This document shows, in pieces, positions 52,477-62,920 of a DNA stretch of 64,000 nt (positions are counted from its first letter, which is position 1; each line of letters opens with the position of its first letter). Location of the stretch: contig NC_086097.1 in NCBI RefSeq assembly GCF_963921235.1, forward strand, positions 220,040,001 through 220,104,000, in the 5' to 3' direction. Made by a program: the position numbers and the translations under genes. Origin of the DNA: Mobula hypostoma. Taxonomy: Eukaryota. The notes below the pieces were generated by a model. That model saw only the letters and a program-made list of their open reading frames with translations, ran no database searches and had not been told where the DNA came from.

Positions 52477-52512
52477 AGTCGACGTTTCAGGCCGAGACCC
52501 TTCGTCAGGACT
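52477..52512 (-). ncRNA. Minimal hammerhead ribozyme (type I), intact, sense to SLCO5A1
   Basis: agtc-CTGACGA-a-gggtctcggcct-GAAAC-GTC-gact. Stem I agtc/gact, palindromic ACGT stem III, GUC cleavage triplet. Confidence 0.82.
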
Positions 52513-53829
52513 AACTGAAGGAAGAGTTAGTAAGAGATTTGAAAGTGGGAGGGGGAGGGGGAGATCCAAAATGATAGGAGAAGACAGGAGGGGGAGGGAT
52601 GGAGCCAAGAGCTGGACAGGTGATTGGCAAAGGGGATATGAGAGGATCACGGGACAGGAGGTCCGGGGAGAAAGACAAGTGGCGGGGGGGGGGGCCAGAG
52701 GATGGGCAAGGAGTATAGTCAGAGGGACAGAGGGAGAAGAAGGAGAGTGAGAGAAAGAATGTGTGTATAAAAATAAATAACGGATGGGGTACGAGGGGGA
52801 GGTGGGGCATTAGTGGAAGTTAGAGAAGTCGATGTTCATGCCATCAGGTCAGAGGCTACCCAGACGGAATATAAGGTGTTGTTCCTCCAATCTGAGTGTG
52901 GCTATTCCTCACTAGGAATAGAGTCCCCCTAGTCCTCACCTACCACCCCACCAGCCTCCGGGTCCAACCTATTATTCTCCACCTTCTGCCACCTCCAACG
53001 GGATCCCACCACTAAGCACATCTTTCCCTCCCCCCCCTCTGCTTTCCGCAGGGATCGTTCCCTACGCGACTCCCTTGTCCATTCGTCCCCCCCATCCCTC
53101 CCCACTGATCTCCCTCCTGGCACTTATCCTTGTAAGCAGAGCAAGTGCTACACATGCCCTTACACTTCCTCCCTTACCACCATTCAGGGCCCCAGACAGT
53201 CCTTCCAGGTGAGGCGACACTTCACCCGTGAGTCGGCTGGGGTGATATACTGCGTCTGGTGCTCCCGATGTGGCCTTCTATATATTGGTGAGACCCAACG
53301 TAGACTGGGAGACCGCTTTGCTGAACACCTACGCTGTGTCCGCCAGAGAAAGCAGGATCTCCCAGTGGCCACACATTTTAATTCCACATCCCATTCCCAT
53401 TCTGACATGTCTATCCACGGCCTCCTCTACTGTAAAGATGAAGCCACACTCAGGTTGGAGGAACAACACCTTATACTCCGTCTGGGTGGCCTCCAACCTG
53501 ATGGCATGAACATCGACTTCTCTAACTTCCGCTAATGCCCCACCTGCCCCTCGTACCCCATCCGTTATTTATTTTTATACACACATTCTTTCTCTCACTC
53601 TCCTTTTTCTCCCTCTGTCCCTCTGACTATACTCCTTGCCCATCCTCTGGGTTCCCCCCCCCCTTGTCTTTCTCCCCGGACCTCCTGTCCCATGATCCTC
53701 TCATATCCCCTTTGCCAATCACCTGTCCAGCTCTTGGCTCCATCCCTCCCCCTCCTGTCTTCTCCTATCATTTTCGATCTCCCCCTCCCCCACCCACTTT
53801 CAAATCTCTTACTAACTCTTCCTTCAGTT

Positions 53830-53865
53830 AGTCCTGACGAAGGGTCTCGGCCCGAAACGTCGACT
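53830..53865 (+). ncRNA. Minimal hammerhead ribozyme (type I), intact consensus copy
   Basis: agtc-CTGACGA-a-gggt ctcg gccc-GAAAC-GTC-gact. Predicted cleavage after C53861. Confidence 0.85.
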
Positions 53866-54451
53866 GTACCTCTTCCTAGAGATGCTGCCTGGCCTGCTGC
53901 GTACACCAGCAACTTTGATGTGTGTGGCTTTATAAACTGAATTCTTTTCACTGAGAAACAAAGTAGAAGTATTCATATCATTTAGACTAAAATGAGCAAC
54001 GTAATTATATACAGTGAAAAAGCGTATAATGACATTCATAATAGATGAACACAATACAAAATTATGGGTAGGTTCAATTTTGTAACAAATTTTGAACAGA
54101 CCCGAAGTACCATGTGCCGTGAGGATTCTCCTTATATAAAATCAGATATTGGAAAACCTATTTACAAAGATTATATCACTTTTTTAATGGTACTATCAGG
54201 AAAGATTGAGCAGGCTCTGGGATGTTTATGCAACAAAGGCCAAAGATGATGAAGTTCTATGAAGGATGGATACAAGAGAAACTGTTCCCATGAGTGGGTA
54301 AATCTAGATTAACTGGGTTGTCTATGATATAGTCAGTTAGATCAGATAATGAAATCAGAAAGAACTTTCATGGAGAGCGATGAGATTGCAAAATTTCTCA
54401 CTGTATAGGTGAAGATGCACAGATGCTCCATAAATGTGAATAATGTTATAC

Positions 54452-55688
54452 CAGGGGTCCCCAACCTTTTTTGCACCGCAGACCGGTTTAATATTGACAA
54501 TATTCTTGCGGACCGGCCGACCCCGGGGGGTGGGGAGGGGGGGTAGGGTTGCCAACAGACAACAGTAGCAGTCAAATACGTTGTGTTTACCCAGAGAAAG
54601 ACTACAATGACCATGAAGCCTTGCACGGGCACCAGTGAGCATACGTGACCTGCGTGTACCTGCTGATTTTTTTCCTTCAAATCGTTTTTGGCGATTCTGT
54701 TCGGGGGTCGGGGGGTTGCTGTTAATCACTACCGGAATTTCGGTGGTAAGTGGCTAATACACTCAGTTTCGTTTCTAAAAGGGTTTCCCTAACGAATTTA
54801 ATATTAAATACACAGCGCATATTTTCCTCGCGTGAATATAGTGATAAGTCAATTATCGGGGAGGACAGGGGAGCTTGAAATAAGTGTTGAACGAACTTCC
54901 AGTAGAAGTGGCAGAATCAGGTTTGATATTATCATTTAAAGAAAAATTGGATGGGTATATGGACAGGAAAGGAATGAAGGGTTATGGGCTGTGTGCAGGT
55001 CAGTGGGACTAGGTGAGAGTAGCGTTCGGCGCGGACTAGAAGGGCCGAGATGGCCTGTTTCCGTGCTGTAATTGTTATATGGTTATATAAGTCAATAGTC
55101 TCATAACGTTTTAAGTAACATTTGGATATTAAACACAAAGCACATATTTTCCCCGTATGAATATATAAAATCATTGCAACACACCAATATCGCTGAATCA
55201 CTGGGAGCCCTGGGCTTGTTTCCCTGCAACGAGACGGTCCTCTCGAGGGGTGATGGGAGACAGCGATACTCGAAGGGGGTTCCTTATGTCCAGTCTATTC
55301 CGCAATTTAGTTTTTGTTGCATTCATTACAGAGATATGTTGGAAATGGAAGCAACGCTTTCAGTTTTCAGTGGCTATCTCAGGATATTTAGCCTTGACTT
55401 TGATCCAGAATGCCGGAAGAGATGTTATGTCAAAGGTACCTTTCAGCCCGCCGACATTTGCAAGTTCGAGGAGTTGATCTCCTTCCTGCACTGACATGAA
55501 TGACGCATGCGTAATGACTTCACATGCGTAATGACTTCGCGTGTGTTCAAACTCAACAGTGGGCGTGACAGAGAATGAGAAAGGGTGCAGCTGACTCACA
55601 TCGCGAAATCATATTGTTTCCTCGCGGCCCAGTAGCACATGCTTTGCGGCTCGGTACCGATCCACGGCCTGGTGGTTGGGGACCACTG
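54452..55688 (-). mobile_element. Non-autonomous hAT/Charlie DNA transposon with transposase C-terminal remnant
   Basis: TIRs caggggtccccaacc / ggttggggaccactg. 8-bp TSD tgttatac at 54444-54451 and 55689-55696. Minus strand reads LLELANVGGLK..SLPAFWIKVKAKYPEIA and LRNRLDIRNPLRVSLSPITPR..RLVAGKQAQGSQ*. Confidence 0.92.
54854..55086 (+). mobile_element. CR1 3' end inserted inside the Charlie element
   Basis: aattggatgggtatatggacaggaaagg..gaagggccgagatggcctgtttccgtgctgta. Flanked by ataagtcaat at 54844-54853 and 55087-55096. Confidence 0.75.
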
Positions 55689-55919
55689 TGTTATACAACA
55701 TTATGGCAAGGTGACAAGGGAATATGGAAAAAGAAATTGTATGGAATATAAACATGGCTATACAACAATAAGTATTCAACAGCACTTTCAAAGTCGTAAA
55801 GTTACTTATGATCTTTAACTACTTTTTTCATACATCTTGGATTGATCTAGAAGTCCAACAATTACTAGTAAAGTTGTAAATTTGTTTAACTTTGTGTGAA
55901 ATAAAATTATCTGTATTTC

Positions 55920-56160
55920 TCTGCAAACCTATTCTGGATTTCCATTCATTTTGGTCACATGGTTCTGTTGCAAGATCCTCAACTAATTCCAGCACGGCAG
56001 TGCAAACTTCAGCACATACTCGTGAAAAAAAAATCACAATCACTTGTCCCTCACAAGTAGCAATGTTTCACCTGGAATTCTTGCTAATTAAGAAGCCACT
56101 CACGCATAAAATGCATTATTTGCTAGCCTACATCCGCAGCTTTAAAGGTCCTGTTTGTTT
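55920..56160 (+). repeat. Copy 1 of an unclassified ~250-bp dispersed direct repeat (copy 2 at about 62660-62920)
   Basis: Shared blocks ctgcaaacct.ttctggatttccattcattttggtcacatg and aaatgcattatttgctagcctacatc. Confidence 0.8.
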
Positions 56161-56391
56161 ATTCTACAGTCTGCCTGCACACCATCAAACTGCATTGACA
56201 TTTTAACACGCAAAAGTTAATTGCAATGGATTTCAACTTGGATCAATGACTCCTGTTTCTGTAAGACATAGAAATAAACAATAGAACCACAGCAGACATA
56301 ATGACCCTTTAGTATTAAAAGCACCAACATTCAGTGCCAAAGATTCATGTTTATTTCTAAAGTTGTCTGAAAAACAATTACTCAGAAAGTA

Positions 56392-56456
56392 CAGTACTGT
56401 GCAAGTCTTGAGTACATATACACAGCTGTAGAGCTCAGGACTTTTGCACAGTACTG
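56392..56456. mobile_element. 65-bp Tc1/mariner-type hairpin MITE
   Basis: TA|cagtactgtgcaagtcttgag...ctcaggacttttgcacagtactg|TA. Confidence 0.8.
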
Positions 56457-56996
56457 TAGTAATTTTCAGAATCAGATGTAATATCACCAGCATAAGTCAT
56501 GAAATTTGTTGTTATGCAGCAGTACATTGCAATACATAATAATAAAATCTGTGAATTACAGTATGATGTGTATTCATTTATATAACCAAGTCAAATAAGT
56601 GCAAAAAAAGTAATTTTATGCTTTGCACTGTACCGCTGCCATAAAAGAAAGTTCATGATATATGTGAGTGATGATTCTGATATGGGTCTCTATTGTGGAC
56701 TGAAAGTGGAAAGGGAACAAGGAGAGGGTAATCATGGTTGGGAAAAGCAGAAGGGAGAGGAAAGGGAGTGAAGAGCTGCAGAGAGGCAGTCTGTGATGAT
56801 TAGTAAACCAATTGTTTGGGATTACCTGGCATCTCGGGGCTGAGTGTATCTGAACATGTGCCAACCCCTGGCCCGGCACTCATTCTCTGCCAGCTGTCCC
56901 CCACACCCCTCCCGCAGTGGTCCAGCCTCACCATTCGCAACATCCTTTGCTCCCACCAGAGTTACCAACTCGCTCTCCACTCCACATTGACAAATA

Positions 56997-57052
56997 GAGT
57001 ACTATGCAGAAGTCTTGGGCATCCTATGTACCTAGACTTTTGCACGGTACTG
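56997..57052. mobile_element. 56-bp Tc1/mariner-type hairpin MITE, same family
   Basis: TA|gagtactatgcagaagtcttgggca...cctagacttttgcacggtactg|TA. Confidence 0.75.
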
Positions 57053-57399
57053 TATGTTTCTGTTAAACAGTGTTTCCTGAGATCCAATATTATCCGCCAT
57101 CTCAAATAAAGCTCATATATACTCATAGAGTTCAGTCAACAGCATTGTTTTATTTAATTTCCTAGCTTCAAGATCAATCCAGCCCACTGCTGCAAATCAC
57201 AATCTGCTGCCTACCACTGCATTAGGGAGGTCACTGATGCTCCACACAAAAGAAGAGAAAACTTCATCTACCTTTCCTTCTGCAGACGGGATCACAAAGA
57301 GCAGGAATGGAGATCTGCTACCCTGAAGTGTAAACATACGAAGGATATGCCCACGAGGTTCTCAGAGTTCTCTTTTTCATTTATTCTCATTTTCAAGGT

Positions 57400-57960
57400 T
57401 TGAATCTATTGCCCACCCTGAATTGCCCTTGAAAAAGTGGTAGTGAGCCACTTTCATAAACTGCTGCAGGCTGAAGTTACACCCACAGTGCCGGTGGGTA
57501 GGGAGCTCTGGGCTTTCGACCTCATGACCGTGATAGATCACGGGCATATTTTCAAGTCACAAAAGTGAGTACCTCGGAAGAGTATATACACAGAAGTTAT
57601 GATATTCTCATGCATGTAAGCCTTTAACCCTTCTTGCTGGTAGAGGTTTCAGGTGTGGGAGGAGCTGGCAAAATTGCTTATAGTGGTAGTACACATCACA
57701 AACTGTGCTGGAGGGAATACGAGTTTAATGTGGTGGACAAGTTGTTTCATCCTGGATGACCTTCAAGATTTTTGACTGTAGTTGGACTAAGTGAAGCAAA
57801 TGAAGAGTACTGTCTTCTATCACAACTTCTGACTTGTACTTCACAGGTAGTAGGAGTATTTGTGGTGTCAGAAGAAAAAAAAGAGGATGCCCAGCCTCTG
57901 AACTACAAGCTACTACTAGTTAAACAGTTTTGGCTGGTCAGGTTGAGTTACTGATCACCA
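57400..57960 (-). mobile_element. Very old LINE (L2/CR1-group) 3' remnant
   Basis: ttgcccaccctgaattgcccttgaaaaagtggtagtgagcc...acacccacagtgc resembles, from memory, a common ancient chondrichthyan LINE 3' region. A related plus-strand remnant is at about 44390-44520. Confidence 0.4.
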
Positions 57961-58074
57961 ATGATACAGGTCTCAATGATGGAAATGCAGAATGTCAACA
58001 GCATGTGGTTAGACATCCATTAAGTTGGAGACCTTTGCTGTCTAACACTGAAGTAGTTTAAATATTATTTGGCA

Positions 58075-59290
58075 CTTAGCCACTGTTCTACTCTCTGTAT
58101 ACCCATGAATGTGTGGCTAGGCATAGCTCAAACATCATCTACCAATTCGCTGACAATACAACCATTGTTGGTAGAATCTCAAGTGGTGACAAGAGGGCGT
58201 ACAGAAGTAAAATATGCCAACTAGTGGAATGGTGCCGCAGCAACAACCTGGCACTCAACGTCAGTAAGACCAAAGAGCTGATTGTGGACTTCAGGGAGGG
58301 TAAGACAAAGGAACACATACCAATACTCATAGAGGGATCAGAAGTGGAAAGAGTGAGCAGCTTCAAGTTCCTGGGTGTCAAGATCTCTGAGGATCTAACC
58401 TGGTCCTAACATATTGATGTAGTCATAAAGAAGGCAAGACAGCAGCTATAGTTTATAAGGAGTTTGAAGAGATTTGGCATGTCAACAAATACGCTCAAAA
58501 ACTTCTATAGTTGTACCATGGAGAGCATTCTGACAGGCTGTATCACTATCTGGTATGGAGGGGCTACTGTACAAGACCAAAAGAAGTTGCAGAAGGTTGT
58601 AAATCTAGTCAACTTCATCTTGGGCACGAGCCTACAAAGTACTCAGGACAGCTTTAGGAAGCGGTGTCTCAGAAAGGCAGCGTCCATTATTAAAGACCTC
58701 CAGCACCCAGGGCATGCACTTTTCTCACTGTTACCATCAGGTAGGAGATACAGAAGCCTGAAGGCACACACTCAGTGATTCAGGAACAGCTTCTTCCCCT
58801 CTGCCATCCGATTCCTAAATGGACTTTGAAGCGTTGGACACTACCCCACTTTTTTCATATACAGTGTCTCTGTTTTTGCACTTTTTAAAATAATCTATTC
58901 AATATACGTAATTGATTTACTTGTGTACCGTATAGCCTACAGTATAATAAGGGATTACTTTATGTTTTAGTAACACATCGTTGAATGCGCTATTAGGCAC
59001 ATATTGAGCATGTGCTATTAGGCACATATTGATCTGTACGTGTATACTGAGTTCGGATTCTGCCAGTAAAGAACCATCAAACTTAGTTCCCGTCTCCAGC
59101 GTTTTTATTAATGGCATTGTTGTGTAACCAGGCCACATACGCAACAACTTGTTTATTTATTATGTTTTATTTATTATTATTATTATTATTTTCTCTCTCT
59201 GCTAGATTATGTATTGCATTGAACTGCTGCTGCTAAGTTAATAAGTTTCACGTCACATGCCAGTGATAATAAACCCGATTCTGATTCTGA
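58075..59290 (+). mobile_element. 5'-truncated Rex1/Babar-type LINE
   Basis: PLFYSLYTHECVARHSSNIIYQFADNTTIVGRIS, LNVSKTKELIVDFR, FKFLGV and HPGHALFSLLPSGRRYRS. Tail aataaacccgattctgattctga. Confidence 0.88.
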
Positions 59291-60321
59291 GTATGTGGGG
59301 ACAGACATCATAGGGACTTTCTCACAGTCAGCTCAAGGCACACAGGTACATTCATTCTAAGACAGTTATACCTCCCAGCATCTTTCATGCCATAATGAAG
59401 GATGAATATCAGGCCTTAAGAAATATACACCCTTGAAATAGATTCTCACTCTGGCAATTTCAGACAATGCAAATGAGTCCCACTGTAAGGAAAGTCATGG
59501 CACCAGTAGGAACTTAGTGGAGGTCACAACTCATCTTCTCAAAATGAGATTTTGCTTTCCTCAATAGTTTAGGTGTGCAACTGGAATACTTACCATCTAG
59601 GGTCATATTTTTTGCAATCATTGCTGATGACTCCACAATCTAGCTATCAAATGATCAAGGCCATTTTATGGGAACATACAGTAAAGAAATTTAAGGAAAT
59701 GCAATATTCCAGAAATATTAATAAACACAGGGACAACTAGCCATTTAGAAGCACTTTATCAACTCCAGCTCATTAATTATTAATGATTCAAATAACCTTC
59801 CAATTGATGTAGTGTTTCTCTCCCAAATACACTCTGTAACATAGTTTGCACTGAGACCAACAAAGGAATTTTGATCATACCAGGCTGATTGCTTAATTAT
59901 GCTTATTCCGATCTCAATAAACTCGGTGAAGGCTGTTTGAAACAATTCCATCTACGCACATCAATCTTCACAAATACCACCTGTCAATTCTATAAATAGC
60001 CTTATCAAATGGCGAATATCTTCATGACAAGCACCACTTTCCATTTTTGCAGCTTTCCAGATGCGGATCAAAAGGCCCGCCAAAGCATGCTCCCAGAAAA
60101 ATACCCTCATGAATATTCAGACTCATCCAAAAGGATAGTCAACGTGGTCTCAAGGAACATGCTTAATCTCACCCAGATGTAAAATATGCTCAGGCATCAT
60201 GTGCAAGGGCATAATTTCAGATAAGCAAGGCGAACACTCCCAAAACACATGGCAAGAATTAAAGGTAGTGACAAATTCAGAATCTTTGGCACATCTTGCA
60301 CACTATTTTTAAGATTAAGGG

Positions 60322-62533
60322 AATGGAACGTAGAAAATCTACAGCACAATACAGTTCCTTCGGCCCACAATGCTGTGCCGAACACGTACTTACTTTAGAA
60401 ATTACCTAGGGTTACCCATAGCCCTCTATTTTTCTGAGCTCCATGTACCTGTTCAGGAATCTCTGAAAAGACCCTATCATATCCCCCTCCACTACCGTCA
60501 CCGGCAACCCATTCCATGCACTCACCACTCTCTGCGTAAAAAAGTTATCTCTGACATCCCCTCTGTATCTACTTGCAAGCACCTTAAAACTGTTCCCTCT
60601 CGTGTTAGCTATTTCAGCCCTGGGAAAAAGCCTCTGACCATCCACATGATCAATGCCTCTCATCATCTTATACACGTTTATCAGGTCACCTCTCATCCTC
60701 CGTCACTCCAAGGAAGAAAAGGCCAAGTTCACTCAACCTGTTCTCATAAGGCATGCTCCCCAATCCAGGCAACATTCTTGTAAATCTCTTCTGCACCGTT
60801 TCTATGGTTTCCACATCCTTCCTGTAGTGAGGCGACCAGAACTGAGCACAGTACTCCAAGTGGGGTCTGACCAGGGTCCTATATAGCTGCAACATTACCT
60901 CTCGGCTTCAAAACTCAATCCCACAATTGATGAAAGCCAATGCACCGTATGCTTTCTTAACCACAGAGTTAACCTGCGTAGTAGCTGTGAGTGTCCTATG
61001 GACTCGGACCCCAAGATCCCTCTGATCCTCCACACTGCCATTAATACATATTCTGCCCTCAAATTTGACCTACCAAAATGAACCACTTCACACTTATCTG
61101 GCTTGAACTCCATCTGCCACTTCTCAGCCCAGTTTTGCATCCTATCAATGTCTCGCTGTAACCTCAGACAGCCCTCCACACTATCCACGACACCCCCAAG
61201 CTTTGTGTCATCAGCAAATTTACTAATCCATCCCTCCACTTCCTCATCCAGGTCATTTATAAAAATCACGAAGTCCAGGGGTCCCAGAACAGATGCAGAA
61301 TATGACCCGTCTACAACCACGCTTTGCCTTCTGTGGGCAAGCCAATCCTGGATCCACAAAGCAATGTCCCCTTGGATTCCATGCCTCCTTACTTTCTCAA
61401 TAAGCCTTGAACGGGATACCTTGTCAAATGCCTTCCTGGAATCCATATACACTACATCTACTGCTCTACCTTCATCAATGTGTTTAGTCACATCCTCAAA
61501 AAATTCAATCAGTATTGTAAGCCACGACCTGTCTTTCATGAAGCCATGCTGACTATTCCTAATCATATTATGCCTCTCTAAATGTTCATAAATCCTGCCT
61601 CTCAGGATCTTCTCCATCAACTTACCAACCACTGAAGTAAGACTCAATAGTCTATAATTTCCTGAGATATCTCTGTTCCCTTTCTTGAATAATGGAACAA
61701 CATCTGCAACCCTCCAATCCTCTAGAACCTCTCCCGACCCCCACTGATGATGCAAAGATCATGGCCAGAGGCTCAGCAATCTCCTCCCTTGTCTCCCACA
61801 GTAGCCTGGGGTACATCTCATCCGGTCCTGGCGACTAATCCAACTTGATGCTTTCCAAACGCTCCAGCACATCCTCTTTCTTAATATCTATATTCTCAAG
61901 CTTTTCAGTCTGCTGTAAGTTATCTGTACAATCACCAAAATCCTTTTCCATAGTGAATACTGAAGCAAAGTACACATTAAGTACCTCTGCTATCTCCTCC
62001 GGTTCCATACACATTTTTCCACAGCACACTTGATTGGTCCTATTCTCTTGCTCTTCACATACTTGTAGAATACCTTGGGGTTTTCCTTAATCCTCTCCAC
62101 CAAGGCCTTCTCATGGCTCCTTCTGGCTCTCCTAATTTTTCTTAAGCTCCTTCCTGCTAGCCTTATAATCTTCTAGATCTCTGCCTAGTTCTTTGAACCT
62201 TTCATAAGCTCTTCTTTTCTTCTTGTCTAGATTTACAACAGCCTTTGTACACCACGGTTCCTGTACCCTACCATCCTTTCAATGTCTCATTGGAACGTAC
62301 CTATGCAGAACTCCATGCGAGTATCCCCTGAACATTTGCCACACTTCTTCCGTACATTTCCCTGAGAATATCTGTTCCCAACTTATGCTTTCGGGTTCCT
62401 GCCTGATGGCTTCATATTTCCCCTTATTCCAATTAAACGCTTTCCTAACTTGTCTGTTCCTATTCCTCTCTAATGCTATAGTAAAGGAGATAGAATTGTT
62501 ATCACTATCTCCAAAATGCTCTCCCACCGAGAA
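60322..62533 (-). mobile_element. 5'-truncated CR1 LINE, same subfamily as 20840-23135
   Basis: 286-aa RT fragment (WRVADVVPLFKKG, KFADD) and PHLEYCAQFWSPH. Confidence 0.92.
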
Positions 62534-62659
62534 GCTTACATATAAAAGATAAAAACTTGGGTTATAGTGTGGCAGCACTGCTGCTATAAAAGAGGGCTCT
62601 GCGACACTGCCCTTCAATAATCTCTGTATTTCTGTAAGTGCTCTATCTTCAGTGACTTT

Positions 62660-62920
62660 ATCTGCAAACCTGTTCTGGATTTCCATTCATTTTGGTCACA
62701 TGACTCTGTTGCAAGACCCTCACCCAATGATGACAATAATATGACAACCCTGAATTCTAGCAGTGCAGTGCTAACTTCAGCACAAACTTGTGTAAAAAAA
62801 AATCACAATCCCTCACAACCAGCTATGTTTTACTTCGAACTCTTGCTAATCAAGAAGCTACTCATGCTTCAAATGCATTATTTGCTAGCCTACATCTACA
62901 GCTCTGTAGTTCCGGTTTAT
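62660..62920 (+). repeat. Copy 2 of the unclassified ~250-bp repeat
   Basis: Collinear with 55920-56160, with an extra ~25-bp insert. Confidence 0.8.

Larger units (their letters stand above)
52378..53925. mobile_element. Inverted Penelope structure: minus arm 52378-52903 and plus arm about 52910-53925, inside one 14-bp TSD
   Basis: TSD ggctttataaactg at 52364-52377 and 53926-53939. GIY-YIG ORF remnant at 53209-53535 (+). Both arms carry the terminal repeat with 3' ends pointing outward. Confidence 0.93.

Noticed and set aside
59745..59951. 68-aa ORF in unique sequence
   Set aside because: Short, with no recognisable homology. Consistent with chance.
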